From Iphione sp. A-MEVVRFRX5 (Eukaryota), in NCBI GenBank assembly GCA_976226885.1, contig OZ320321.1, forward strand, positions 55,428,001 through 55,492,000: 64,000 nucleotides of DNA. The letters run 5' to 3'. A program made the position numbers and the translations under genes. Under the pieces are notes generated by a model, which was not told the origin of the DNA, did not search any database, and was given only the letters and a program-made list of their open reading frames with translations. This document shows, piece after piece, positions 34,609 to 47,783 of the stretch (positions are counted from its first letter, which is position 1; each line of letters starts with the position of its first letter).

Positions 34609-37067
34609 CTTTTTTTAAAGAATCATTGCTTCCTACCTCAATTATCTGTAGTAGAGCATCTTTGGCTTGTATCACGGTGTAGGGAATAAGCTGACGGGCG
34701 AGGTAGTTTTGATAGATTGTTGACATGGCTGACTCAACCACCTCCTCAACCATATCCAGAACAAAATCATCGCCATCGTCATGGTCCAGCATGAAATTCC
34801 TGGAAATGGAAATTCACTTCAATTTAAAAAGTATGCAAAATTCATTTAATAAAAACGAAGAACACAAGGATCACTGCAAAAAAATATCACTCTATATGCG
34901 CTGTATAAGAGAAGGTCATTTGTAACCTGTACCCTCATCATGTATTCTTGACGTGGAATTATACGGATGAATGTAGAAAATTCAAGTACCAAATAGCGCA
35001 AAGTTATACAAAATTGATTTATATGATCAAATGCAAAAACCTATATGAAAAATCTCAACACATCTATATAAATATGCCTGCAAGTATGTAATAAGGGAGG
35101 AAATTATACTGAGAAAAATATTCGCAGGTTAAAAACATTATGAGGTGTTCATAACGTTTTCTGTAATATGATCATGTATTTACTGAGGTGACAACAATAC
35201 ATAATATCTATGAATGCATTTTTTCTAAATTTGCAAAATTCTTCTCTGGACAGTAATTACATGAGAAAAAATTCTCTCGGCTTTTAAAAAAAAGTCAGTA
35301 GTTATACACTAAAAATAATAATAATATAAAATTGGGTGCTTAATCTGATTGCATTAAAATCAGTGATTTCCTGCTAACCATTACAACTGAGGCTTGAAAT
35401 TTTTAATATATCAGTCATATTATAAGTAAAAACCTGTACAAGCAAGAATTCTAAAAAAGCCCAAATTGAAGAAGCTGTATAATGAAATCATCTAATTTAG
35501 GGGAATTCTGAACTAGTGCACATATTCTAAAGACAAATGAACTACTTAATATGAGTAGTTTGCAGATTAAAATGTCTAAATATGAAATGCCTATTTGAAA
35601 CGAATTTATCTTTACTGCTATAAAGATAATGTCCATGCGTGTCACATGGAAGCAATAAAATTTATAAACTATTCAACACTGGGCGTGGTCTGAACACTGA
35701 ATGCATGCAAATTGTGTTACTATAAAAACAAATATAATTTTCTTAAATTAATCGTAATCACATGAGTCGTAATTAAACCACTAGTTTCAGTGATGCATTT
35801 ATTTTGTCAAACGCGTCCAAAATGATGACAAGGACAATGTTTACCTCCATGGCCTGTTGGGGAAAAGGATTATAACAATTAATGGCAAGAGTAACAATTC
35901 GACTGGATTAATATGTGGTCGCTGGCCTGATTCTTTATGGGCCATTATTGTAAGAAACATACAAACATCATATGTGCTCCGTTGCAAGCGTCTATCACAG
36001 ATAATATAGTCATAAGATGTGGACGGACAGTTGAAATCTTGGAAAGTTAAATGGGAGTGAGGCATTCCAAAGGTCTAAGGCCCCAATAACTGTTGAATAC
36101 TTCTAGTGCAACATCAATATGTCTGACTCTCGATGCACTAGCTCTAAGACTGCCTTCAGCTAGACATGTACATGTATTGATTTAGCCGTAGTATGTATAT
36201 TCTATATATTTGACAAACTCATGCATTCGTGCTGAAGGGATCCTGATTGATAGTTTGCAGTTTAATGGTCTGTGTCACGCCATAACCTAATCATTTAGCC
36301 TGTCTTTGTATTGATACATCATCTAATGTCTTCCACGGGGACTATTTCTTCTAAAGAAAACAACAACAAATAACATCTATACAGAATGACCACAGGGTGA
36401 TGGTATACACAGGGCCATACAAAAATAAACAAGTATGTAGAGGGTTAGGGTTAGTCTTCATGAGTAATTATTTATATATATAATTAAATACTAATATAAA
36501 AATTCTACCAAGTCATTATTGTATTGGGGATCCCCTCTCCCCAATAGCAATGAAGAAATAGTTCCACTTAAAGTTACAATGTTAAAGCCACCGACCATAA
36601 AGTACATTAGATCCTATCCTCATTAATAATGGAAATGTCTATAAAACTCTCTTTTCCATTTTTGGTGTAGAAGGTGGTGGGAACTTGGAGGGAGAATGTT
36701 TGACAGGACGGTGTTCAAGCGGCTAACTAGATAAAACCTAAAGGGCCATTGGTGGGTGATTTTTGCGGAAAGACCTTTTGAAACGTGTTGCTACTCCTGA
36801 TTTCAAAACACCAACAATATTCACTTACACAGTGATTAATCCTTTATTTCCTTATAATCGTTCTGCTTATAAAAGAGAACTTGTCTATGGTATTTTCAGT
36901 GTGAAATCACTCAGTTTTTACAGCAAGTGATGATGTTTACGATAAACATACCAATCTTGATCATTGCATTTTCCAGGAACAATCTCATGTGTGACGGCAG
37001 GAGTAGGTGCAGATGTCGTCTTCCCGGCTTTATCTGCCCTTGATTTCGCTACTGTGGCCCGCGACAT
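23544..37067 (-). CDS. C2orf81: C2orf81-like protein; exons 36952-37067, 34637-34799, 34367-34436, 34040-34154, 33550-33682, 32971-33168, (27519-27611 possible cassette), 25842-25945, 24664-24803, 24318-24409, 23923-23994, 23544-23732
   Basis: Phase-consistent GT-AG chain. EIVPGKCNDQDWNFMLDHDDGDDFVLDMVEEVVESAMSTIYQNYLARQLIPYTVIQAKDALLQIIEWQFLSSDSGE...WQEDEEPEPAMTDCWAQGSVP matches, from memory, the conserved N-terminal block of vertebrate C2orf81 (DIVPGR...AMLQITEWRFL...TDSWAQGSVP). Confidence 0.88.
27284..27463. mobile_element. Tc1/mariner-type MITE
   Basis: TIR CAGTGGAAAGCC / GGCTTTCCACTG, TA TSD; same family as 57965-58134. Confidence 0.85.
28278..28402. repeat. Internal complementary region (ICR) of DIRS element A
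   Basis: 88-bp inverted match to 28032-28119 joined through TTA to a 40-bp inverted match to 32756-32795, i.e. a copy of the circle junction. Confidence 0.92.
28538..29466 (-). pseudogene. DIRS A tyrosine recombinase (one frameshift near 28755)
   Basis: LLLATCGRTQT (catalytic R), then in a second frame AHSTRGAAAS and FLRHY. The ATG at 29466 overlaps the pol stop (ATGA). Confidence 0.9.
29463..31330 (-). pseudogene. DIRS A pol (RT, RNase H, Dam-like methyltransferase domain), 1-bp frameshift near 31088
   Basis: SNVFLQPKPNGKFRLIIDL, IDLKNAY, LPFGL, AYLDD (RT); TDASLTGWG, HINVLELLAV, SDNMTT, NIQADTLSR (RH); DLFAS...DAF...YAFPPF (MT). Confidence 0.93.
31333..32496 (-). CDS. DIRS A Gag-like ORF1
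   Basis: Open 388-aa ORF from AAAATGGCG: acidic N-terminus, YVRPVNVEQLKVPKLN...W core and basic C-terminal tail, typical of DIRS ORF1. Confidence 0.8.
   Translation of the reverse strand: MAEVSDHEDGSIPDAASDLEDIASEKEDVNDEPVLLSGASNSTLDKILGAIHDLGKRVERVEKRSPSVDRSSAGKRLLLEKVLAGPSHTTVSDAEILGSGLRDSDLHKLSEETDTATGAFFEELAREIEADKSVSKDLHVRLANFANRRLKHPMEADDLKTLREKYVRPVNVEQLKVPKLNSPLWLHLYPSGRTREKTLQRAMYGCNATFTAVTRLAEDLVRHETENPWIKDSLKVVADVLNLETANRSELLKLRRLEVKQGLPDTYKRLVEDAKPSLDWLFGDNFRQKCKELEEDERFIKKFDKGKAGGKLKAKNTTNSNARSEPYNKNRQNNPQGSQGNKGRYNKQRTDYKSSTTYRSPLENSDSARQGNGKGLGFQQKPQPKGQ
34537..34607. repeat. (GA)n microsatellite
   Basis: Pure GA run. Confidence 0.98.
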
Positions 37068-37189
37068 CTTGTTTCATCGAAAGAAATGATGTTCCGTTCG
37101 CAATAAAAATGTCTGAAAGACTACATTTCCCAAATAGTCATTCAAGTAACAAGGCAGACCACCATGCCAAAAGGATACCACAGATGGCG

Positions 37190-37680
37190 GTGGTTGTTGA
37201 CATAGCAACAGAGGTCGTCTGCAGGTTACCCGAAATACAAGAAACTGGTTTATAAGCAATTGAGCTTATTATCAAGGGAACAAAAGCGGGGAAAATACAA
37301 AGTTACACAAATACTGACATTCTTAATTTTATAGATAAGAAATTATATAAAGTTTATAACATGACATTATACAATTCCTAGGATATATATTTTTTTCACT
37401 TTCAAGCTTAGTACGCCGTTTACCTGCAGCCTATACTTCTCGTCACGTGACCTGCCGCAAGCAACTGGACCGTTTTGAAAGATCTACGTTTGCAGACTCA
37501 CGGATATAGAGTCTATCAGTTGTCTCCCTCGGTTGTTAATGTGCAAGTGAAATTGTGCATGCGTTTTTACGTGAGTGTCATTTGAATTTCCTGTATAATG
37601 CATATTCTGACAATGGTATGTTCCATGTTAGGATCAGGTAGCGATTGTAGGTTGTTTATTGTTGAATAGCAACATGTACG
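37190..37680. promoter_or_regulatory. Probable divergent promoter of the C2orf81-like gene and ENKD1
   Basis: Minus-strand donor CAG|GTAAAC at 37423 and plus-strand donor TAC|GTGAGT at 37571 face away from each other. GTCACGTGAC at 37442-37451; X-box-like GTTGACATAGCAAC (37196-37209) and GTTGAATAGCAAC (37661-37673). Confidence 0.55.
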
Positions 37681-40600
37681 GTCATGTTTGTTGGGGCTAA
37701 CCTAAGGGTACGATGATGACAGGTGTTCACTGGTTCTTTGTTTTTCTAGAAACTGATTATCAAGAAATAACTTAAATTCATCTCATACGTGTTGCCGGTA
37801 TGAGCAACACTTTCTGTATGACGTACCCAACCAAAAATCAGTATCAAAGACGATTAACTTGCAGAGGCTAGCTACCTGTCAGTTTGGCCGGTCCGTCATT
37901 CAATCCGACCTAGCTGTCATCAGACTAAATATAAATTACAAGGCGAACCAATCCATGGTTCTCATGAGGTATGAGTCAACATGAGCCATCTTGGTTGATA
38001 TGGTTCATATCATAATTTCAAGTTTCTACATATTATTTGGATATTTGCCAAGATGGCAATACCAGCACCCTAATCCTCAGTCTATTATTGTCCCCTGCCT
38101 CATAGAGAGGGGTGCGGGGGACTTTAAGAATGCTGCTGGCTGGTGTTCTGACCTTCCATCACACTCTTGTGGGTCTTATTACTCTCAAACCCTGCACTCA
38201 AAAGAACTGATGTTAATATATGATATTTGTATACATGGTCCCATGGCACCGGGTAATTTTGATAGGTAGTTATTCAAGTACATTTTAAAGGTGAAATTAT
38301 GCTAATTTTACTCTTTTGCTAACACACCTACAAACATACATACCTGGTTTAGGGATTCCTGAGTTTGACAATGCACATACATGCATACACACATACTCAC
38401 CAATATCTCCTTTCTGCTTGTGGCAGTCTAGTGCTCTGTCAGGCAAAACCAAGGGTTGTGTGCTCAGTCAGGCAGAACCAAGGGTTGTGTGCTCCGTTAG
38501 GCAGAACTGAGGGTAGTCTGCTCAGTCAGGCAGAATTGAGGGTTGTAAACCTGGTGGAACAAACCCACCCAACTACCCCAAAACAAGGTGACAATCAAGG
38601 TGGTTGGAACACAATTTCTAGTAATCTCTGTTTAATTCAACATCATTAAACCGACAGCCCCTCAAACAATAGATGCATGGGGTTAAAGGGTGAGGTCGCC
38701 TTGAACTATCCAGAACAACAAATACAGTGTCGAATTAACACCAAAAACAGTAGACAAAGCAGCATGGACTATTTTAGAACTTGAAAATATCATAACACAC
38801 TTAAATATTTATTTCCACAAATGACAAGACTCATCTAATGGACAGAGCCATCACGATTAGAAAATATCGGTTATTGGAGGACCACTGTACATGTATAGAA
38901 CAAATTTGTTACAAGTGATTAGCACCTTTAGCTGTTAATATGCAGTTATTGGGATAGTAATGGGCACCAAGAAAAATTACCTTTTCACACAGTTTTCATC
39001 CATGCGCGAATGTGATCACAGCCAAAGTTGGGGCTAGGCTTGAGTTTGTGTGTATCTGTTGCTGAAAAATGAATGAAAACACATGAATGAACTCACGGTT
39101 ATCTGCAAATAACTGAAACACACATGGAAGAAGTAGCATCATAATATTGGCTGCTGTCCAACCTTCTGTCACATTCTTGGGTGTCTTATTACACTAGCTA
39201 TATAAAACGTTGCCTGAAAGTAGTACGGCCATAGGGAGGAACTCTCATGAGTGAGACATGTTCCAAGTGTAATAATCTGCATTCTTACATATGTTCATGT
39301 GAATATTTTTTAAATTCATACACACCTACATGTCTTTGCTGTCAGAAAAGAATCTACAAATGAAAACACACCCAAAATCTTGGTACTACTTCCCTGCTTG
39401 TTACTACACCACATGCTTACAATCAGGTCAGTGTGACCCAGATGGTCATGACCAACAGAGCTCCAACCCCTGCTGGGGCCAGCCAAAGTCCTTCAAGTTT
39501 ACAACCCTAGAGAGAAAGACAGAGGGTGGGGGTGGGGGTGGGAGTGGTGTTGAGGCACACACTGACGGCGCTTGTAGCATGAACACTAGAACTCTTCAGT
39601 CAAATAAACTGATTTTGCCATATGATATTTATGCATGTGTACCCATTGTACTGGACAATTTTGGTAGTAATTTTTAAGTATTCTAAAGGTGAAATTATGT
39701 CAGTTTACTCTTGCTACCACACCCACAAGCTGCTACACCCACAAATATACATAGCTTATTGGGGGATTTCTAGGTCTGACCATCTATTCACACACATGCA
39801 CACACCCTCACCAACATCCCTATCCTACCAGCACTACCTTGTAGCAGTCTCACCAAGGGAGGTGCAGTCAAGTATGAAATGGCCACTTAGGTTGGGGACA
39901 ATAGACCTTGCAGGTTCACGCTCTCATTCAACCTGCCATGGAGGGGCTAGCCTAGTCTGACGTAGCAGGAGTAGCACACAAGACATATTGTTGACCTTGC
40001 CTGTGTTTGTGGAGGTGTTGGTAGAGTCACCTTATCGGTGATTAACTTCACCTGTAGACTACTTCACCCACAGTTGACTCCCAATTGTAGTCAAGTTGAT
40101 TTCCATTCATCAAGGGGCCAAGGGCATACATTTAGTGATCTGCTTGTGTTACAATCTTTTACAATGCACTTAACAGATAATTGGAGGATATTCTTGTCTG
40201 CTTGGAAATATATCTATATGTATATTCTTTTTTTCCGTTTTTATCTATATATATGCTTGCTAACTTCTTTTGGAGAAAGTATGGTCACCTCTCTGTGTCA
40301 CCTCTGAATAATTCTTGACCATAACTATGCGTTTTTGACGAAAGAGTCATCATATTACACAATGTGATTTCTTGAATCATGCATGACCATAAGCACATCC
40401 GCTGCAAGTACATTCTTTGATATATAGTATATATGCCTGCTGCACATACTAAATGACATCTTGCAGAATCAGGCAAAATTCATTATAGTTTTAGTGCAGT
40501 CATATTGACAGAAGCTGCCATAGGGTTGGCAGTGGCTGTCTTGTTTGTGATAAGGTCCGCAAAGAATTTAGAAAATAAAAGCTAAGGCTGGTGCTGTTCC

Positions 40601-41312
40601 ACTTTACCTGGTTCATCAGTGCAGGTCAGATCCCTTTGTTTGGACTGGACATTGAAAGTTAAGATTGGGATCTCCACTCCTGCCAGGGGTTCTTGGGTGT
40701 CCAAAACAGGTCCTCAGAAGTCCCGGATGTCTGTGCTTGTATTTCATTTATTCAATGAAGGTCATATCTGCGTAGTAAGCATTTTTATAGCAGATTTATG
40801 ACCTCCATTATATGCAGGTGATAGTTGGTCAGTGGAGGCGAGACACTTATTCTTTGAAGTTTAAGCCAGTGGTTACATCAGTGTGTCTTCTCTTTGGTTT
40901 GTATGGGAAACTAGGTGGGGATTTCAGGTTTTGAGTTGTTTGAACTTGAGCGTGGCCAGGAGTGTGTGATTGACAGCTGAAGGGTAGCAGGTGGTGAGGT
41001 GGGTGTGTAGTTCAGTTATGGTGCATTATATAACATTATTCAGTAAAGGGTTGATTGACAGTTGTGGTAGAGCAGGACGTGAGGTGGGAGTGTGGATCGA
41101 TTGCAGTGTGCTACCTGATGTTACTCAGTTAGTGTTAATGTTACTCAGTCAATGGTTTGGTGCAGTGTGTGTAAGAGCCCATTTTCCCTGGATATATGAT
41201 TAAAATCGTATTCTTGTGTATATATAAATATATAAAAATATATCTATACATGTATTACTACATGTATTTATATTGTTTTCAGAGTTGTAAGTGGATCAGA
41301 GCTGCAGTATAA

Positions 41313-44300
41313 ATGTTGTCTGGCCCAGTGGCACCGTATGCAACCAAGGGGGACAACTTTGTTGTCCGACCTGCTGGTAGAACACGTCCGGAGGGAGAGG
41401 ATAACTATCACAAAGGTCGTGCGGGAACAGTAGGAATGCTGCTGCACGTCGAGGGCACTGGCATAGGGTCAGCGCCGGCCAGGCGACCTATGAGTATGTA
41501 TACCATCCTAGACAACTCGCATAGTAGTAAGTTGGGAAATCATAAATTGTTCAGCCTGTCTGTCCATGGGAAACGTATTTGTTTCAAAACTCTGGAACTT
41601 CCAGAGTATTTAACGCAGAGAACAATAACTGTACGCCTACATTACGAAGACTTTACTCGTTCTAGGAACATTTAATGCGTGTGACATGAAGCTGTTGTAC
41701 AAGTATGTGCCTTTGAACTGAACTTCTTTTGGTGTATTACCCGTTTATATATGGGGAATGACCAGTATCAGGTTTTCATATAACTAGACTGCACTGATAT
41801 GTCTGTTCCTCCCGTTCTCAGAGGCCGAGCCCAAGGACCACATGCGTGAGAATATCCGGCGGATGCGGCACATCCAGCGAGCGGCCCGGGAGCGCGAGGC
41901 CGAGAGCAAGCAGCCAGTCAAGGCCCTGTGGAAGACGTCCAAGTTCGAGAAGACCCCCTCGCGGGTGCGGGAAGCGATCCAACAGCAGCCGCAGTCACGT
42001 CCGCAGTCGGCGAATTCGTTCCTGCGCGCCCACTCCCGGACGGGCTGGACCCCGGTACCGCGGCGTCCAGCTTCCGCCGCCGGTTCCTGCGACGACGAGG
42101 AGGAGGAGGAGGTGCGTAGGGCGTGTAGCGCGAGAGTGAGTGTACCGCGGGCATCTAGCAGCAAAGAGGTGAGTTAAGGGTCTCCTAGGAAGCCGTTTCT
42201 ATAGGGAGGGATGTAGAGACAATGTTTTTATGATTTTTTTCCTGTTGTTGACTCCGAACAGCAAACTTGCATGGAATACTCTCTGAGGAGGCTTAGCGGT
42301 CCGAGAGAGTTTCTTGAGACCCCATACCTTAGTAGACGTTCAAGAGAGGGAACATGATAGAAATTAACATCTTAAATTCTTTAATATTTTACATCTCAGG
42401 ACATGTGTAAATTACTGTCATGTGACTGACAACCAACCATTTGAATCACGTGAATGCTATTTCTGCTTTTCATACTTTACCACAATATTGTCTCGCGGGT
42501 AAGATAGATTTTGAAATGAATCCTGCACTAGTTGTCTCATACTAACCATGACTGTGTGAATTTGCATTACGTTAGAACTAATAACTTTCTTTTCGGTGCT
42601 GTAGATTTAAGCTATGAGGTTCCATATAACAACAGCAACGACGACGCAAAGAACAACAAAATTCCATGTAACAACCAGTTAAATGAACACCCTTTCACAT
42701 GTGAATCCTCCAATGATTTCTGCCTAGTGCAAACAGTCGTGGAATACAAATAGCTCATGAACCATACGAGAGTTCCACAGAAAGGGCTTTTCCCCCCAGC
42801 ATTCCTTCTGACCATTTCCTAAATTTATCTGAATGCATTGAAATTTGTCGTGATGGGGTTGGCAGGGTCCTTCCAAATCCAGTAATAATAACTTCGCCAG
42901 TCAGAGGCCTGGTAAAGATCCCTCATGTGGTCTGTGGAAGTGTTCGGTGATATTTTTAAGGATGTTTTATCTCATTGTGCAAGTAAATCACATTGTTTTG
43001 TTTTGTTGTATTTCGGAGTGTCTAATGCCAACCAGCTCCAATAAACCACAACTTTGACAAATTTTGTAACATTTATAGCACTTGTATAATCGTTATACTT
43101 GTAACTTCTTGCTGTAATTACATGTACTCTTTATTGTTTTAGATGAACTAGTAGATTCTGAAACTTTCATTGCTCTTTCTTTCTACACCATTCTGTTGTG
43201 ATGTGACGAAATTATCAACTCTGTTACTTAATATTAAGAAAACACAACAACTTGTGAGGGTCTGCTGCTTGGATAGTAACATACCCCAGCATCACCAGAA
43301 AATTATATTGATTACAATTTAGTATACTGTGGCTATAGTGACACAACTCCATGCCTGTACAAACGTCAAAGAGAGTTATAATCAGAGGGATAGGTAAATA
43401 TAGGGGATGTCCATACAAATATCACGGGGAGGCTGGTTATGTGGCACCACAACACTAGGTGCCACACTCTGAAAGGTCACAGTGTATCACAAGATCTTGT
43501 TTCAGGTCCAATTTATTCGTAACCAGATCGACTTCGTGAAGGCCAATGGACGGGCAGCCAAGCATTCAGGGATGAAACGAAGCCCAAGTTTGACGGCCCT
43601 GGATGATCTGAAGAAAAAGAACGACGAGGAACAGAAAAACTATCAGAAGGGACAAGTACCTCAATAGTGGGTCTATTTTTGTGTTCTTTAAACATTTTAT
43701 AGTGAAATGTCGCATACCAGACGTATCACACTGTAGACAAGACAAGGTGGACGAAATTGGTGGTAATCAGATAAAAAGTCTTCCTGTTGTGGCGCGCTCA
43801 TATTTAAATCTGCAAAGGCACTGTTCATTGCATGACAGAAGAGTCTAGAAGGTCTTTTACAACTAATAATTACATTGCATACATGCGTTTCAACAATAAA
43901 TGGCATACATTAGATACTATTCCCACTTCAGTTCATGTCATTGTAAAGCAGTCATATTTAATGCATTAGTGTACGTATCTGGTTTGTGGTTCAGAGATGA
44001 TTCATTGAGATCTTCCGTGAAGACTAAAACGTAATCACTTATTGCACGGAAGACTATTGGCAGCAGTAGCAGAATGAGGGCTGACAACCTTGATGTGACT
44101 GCTGCTGTGGGGCAAGGGGGTGCTGCGTCATTTATCTTCCTTCCCCCCCCCCTCCTTGCTAGAAGTAGTGTTGATTATTATAAGTGAATGTGAGTGTGTA
44201 TGTGAGTCTGAGTGTGAGTGTTCCCCTTCTCCTCTTTCCTCTCGAAATCTGTCCCTTTCCCCCCAGTTTGAGTCTGAGTGTGATTGTAAGTCTCTCCTCT

Positions 44301-45394
44301 CTCTCCCTTTCCCTGTCCCTGTCCCTTTCCCCTTCTTCCTCTCGTCCGTCTCCCTCCCTATCCCTTTCTCTCGCACTCTTCCTTCTCCCTCTCCTCCTGT
44401 CTCCCTATCCCTTTCCTGTCCCTCCTTTTCTCCCTATCCACTTCTTGNNNNNNNNNNNNNNNNNNNNNNNNNNNNNNNNNNNNNNNNNNNNNNNNNNNNN
44501 NNNNNNNNNNNNNNNNNNNNNNNNNNNNNNNNNNNNNNNNNNNNNNNNNNNNNNNNNNNNNNNNNNNNNNNNNNNNNNNNNNNNNNNNNNNNNNNNNNNN
44601 NNNNNNNNNNNNNNNNNNNNNNNNNNNNNATATTATGTGGTTTGATCTTAACTGAGATAATACGGGGAAATGACGCTTATGAAAATTAGAAAGTTCCGAG
44701 ACAGACCCTATTTTCTTTTGCATCTTCCAGCCTTATAAACCGACAGAGGCAGTGGCAACAAGAGGAAGAGGAACGTATCGCCAATCAGCGGGATCCAGAC
44801 TTACCTGAGGGCCACAAGGTCATGGCTGACACAGAGCGCCGTGAAACACTTGACAAACTGAAGAAAAGTAAGTTCCTTTGCACCAGGCGCTTTGTATTAC
44901 CAGTCGTTCAATGCAAGATGTAAATGACTATACGGCGTGTCTTGCAATGCAAAAGCTTTTCCTCCAATGTTTTATTTAAGCCATAGTCTTTCTTTGGAAA
45001 TGGACTTGTATTATGTGTAGTAAATATTAGTTTCATTTCTCTTATCGCACTACTAAGCCACCCCTCCGTCAACCTCTCTCCGTTCTTCTGAGCCTTCCTC
45101 CTCAACTCCCTGCCTCCCTTCTCACGTGCCCACCAGCTCGCCCGACCAGCAGCCTCGAACTCCCATCCCCTTCCCGCTGTTCACCAGCATCGAGGTTACT
45201 AATATTATGATGACTTTTGTTGGTTATTTTCAGGCCAGAAGGAGTTATTGCATCAGCTGTCCTGCTTGCCAGTCAGAACAGATACAGTACGCCTTCGTAC
45301 TCGGAAAAATGAAATCGAATCCAAACTGGCCGAAGTTGAAGAGGCAATCAAGATTTTTTCGAGACCCAAAGTCTTTGTGGCGATCGATGTGTGA
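41313..45394 (+). CDS. ENKD1: Enkurin domain-containing protein 1; exons 41313-41493, 41822-42168, 43506-43666, 44731-44867, 45234-45394
   Basis: Phase-consistent GT-AG chain: PKDHMRENIRRMRHIQ, PVKALWKTSKFEK, FLRAHSR, YQKGQVPQYL, DPDLPEGH...ERRETLDKL, LAEVEEAIKIFSRPKVFV (enkurin domain). Confidence 0.95.
44448..44629. other. Assembly gap (N run) after a CT-rich low-complexity tract
   Basis: Run of N. Confidence 0.99.
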
Positions 45395-46318
45395 AGTGTC
45401 CACGATGCTACTTGTTTTTGGTTGGTTTAAGAAGACTTAAAGGCATTAATTACAGCAGTCCCGTTTGTTAAGATCTGAGAGAAGCACTAACTGCTTATAC
45501 ATGTCTGTTTCCGATGTCCGCAAATACTTGGTATGATCATAAATTTCAAGTGACAATCTTGCTGTATTACTTGCCTCTTTAAGTTACTTTTACGACCTCA
45601 TATATTAATACTCGGCATAGTTTTCGTTAAGACGTTCCCTTATCAGCCTGTACACTCGTGTGAGATAACCGCTGAGAAGTGAAGAAAGGCAAGACGAGTA
45701 TCTAAACACTGATTGATAAGAATTATCTCTTGGTGCAATAGATATATTTTAATATTTTGTTTTTAGTATTCTCTAGATGATTTTCACCCAACGATATGAT
45801 GATTTTACATAAACAGCTCGAATCGTGTTACTTGTGTTACATGATGCTACATATGTTTTTCTCGTTTGCATTTGGGTAGTGAAGGTGAACGCGTTTGTCT
45901 AATTCTCTGACCTACCGACACAGGCCTAGACATTGCAGATTCATCTCCTATGAAACTAAGAGATGTAGAACTCTGACCTTTACTATGTTCCTCTCTGTGG
46001 ACTCTAAAAACAGACTTATTATTATGGAGATGCTACGTGTATAAACAGGAGATACTGAGATACTACTATCTTCATATGGTTGTATCGAGATTACTAAGCT
46101 AGGACATACTGCTGGTGTTGAGGAAACCTAGGAGAAACTGCAGACCACTGGATATTTGCTGTGACTAATCTTACGGCCTGTGTTACACATGCTGGAGAAC
46201 GTGAAATATTTCATGATGTAAGGTCTGCAGCTTACTATCAGTTGCCTTATGCTGAACGATAGTTAGTACAAAGAGTACATTCAAAATGATTGCACACATA
46301 TTGAAGCAAAGAAATGTA

Positions 46319-46488
46319 CCGTGGTCCCCCCTTATCTGACATTTTTGGTTCTTTTAAGATTTTGTTGGATATATGAAATTTATTGGATTTGGAAACATTT
46401 TCTATTGATTTTTTTTACATTTAGTTCCTGGAAGCTTGGATTAGCAGTATTGTTGGTTATGAGGTCCTCGGATAAGGGGGGACCACTG
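46319..46488. mobile_element. Tc1/mariner-type MITE
   Basis: TIR C(C/A)GTGGTCCCCCCTTATC, TA TSD. Confidence 0.85.
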
Positions 46489-47715
46489 TAATGTATACGT
46501 TCACAGAACCATTGCTTTTCATTGAAAGCAAAGCTTGCCCTGCTCTGGTAATCATGTAAATGCACGATTATTTAGCCAGTAGTGATGTGATATTGAGATG
46601 AATTCTCACTTCGTTAATGTTAGTTACAATTATATCGGTATGTATTCAATGATGTATTTTTGTGTATCTGTAAGTGTGATAATTTCAAAGGCGATGTATA
46701 ACGTTTTATGCAATGGAATATTTTATTACTCTTTGAAGAAGAGTTCGTGTTAATACCCGACTGCTTTGTACACTGCATTTTTAAATGTACATTGACCTCA
46801 TTTAGATCAAAGTAACCGTGTCAAGCCGTCCAAATGTAGCAGTTCACAAATATCTTTGCATTAAAAAGACACGAAATATTATGTGACAGATGTGTCTCAT
46901 TCAGACAGATAGTAACCATGTTAATCCGCGTAAATGTATCAATTCACAATTATCGCTGCTTTAAACAGACAGGTAATCTTTCATGTGACAGATATGTTTC
47001 ATTAAAACATTGAATTTCGACATGTTTCTTTTTTTCACATTTATTTACAATTTTACATTCTTTTCTGAGTAAGAAGACAATAAAAATAAGTGCACTTGAA
47101 TGAGCATCAGTACAATAGAAATTCGGAGTTGTCATGAATCTGATAATGAAGAAAACGAAGACGTGGCTTAAGTCATTTCTTAAAGATGCTACTTTAAAGC
47201 TGGAACTGATACGTTCTATGCATAACTGGCTACCACTGGTGAGTCACATGACCACAGTGTTGTTGTGCAACCCATGGTAGCTAACCTTGGCAATCAACAA
47301 TTTGGTTTTTAGACTTTTAACTTCCTTTGGCAATTTCCAAGTGATCCAGATATGGCCAATTGCTGATCATGGATGTATGTGTGGGGAGTAGCTGTCAAGA
47401 TTTTTCTGACTGGCTCCTCAGGCATCATATTGTCATGTCAAGGTGATCAACAAGTTTGTTGCTTCTGTTGTGGTGCTCAATCTGAGTTGTGATTCTGATA
47501 ATGGACCTTTTGTTATGTGACTTCAAGTAGAGGCAGCATCTAACCTGCACACTTCAGATACCTGTACGTTTACCAGTCTGTTATCGAGACAGACATCACC
47601 TCAGACAAAGGGGTATAGAGGTTAAAGACTTTAGGGGGAGTTTGGCTGGAAAGAAACAGGAGCAAAAATGATTCAGAGGGGGCAATAAGGAAATCTAGAG
47701 AACAAGAAGTGGAAT

Positions 47716-47718
<3 letters not shown>

Positions 47719-47782
<64 letters not shown>
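47719..47782. repeat. (GA)n microsatellite
   Basis: Pure GA run. Confidence 0.98.

Positions 47783-47783
<1 letters not shown>

Noticed and set aside
34474-34689. ORF with a long ER dipeptide repeat
   Set aside because: Translation of an intronic (GA)n microsatellite.
36520-36560. GDPLSP peptide suggesting a LINE RT fragment
   Set aside because: Isolated six-residue match with no flanking RT motifs.
42532-42960. Possible nested gene in an ENKD1 intron (hydrophobic minus-strand ORF 42612-42815 and aromatic-rich neighbour)
   Set aside because: Short, broken by stops, with no convincing splice chain or motif.
44120-44723. ORFs of 120-190 aa spanning 44120-44720
   Set aside because: Artefacts of CT-rich low complexity and the N gap.
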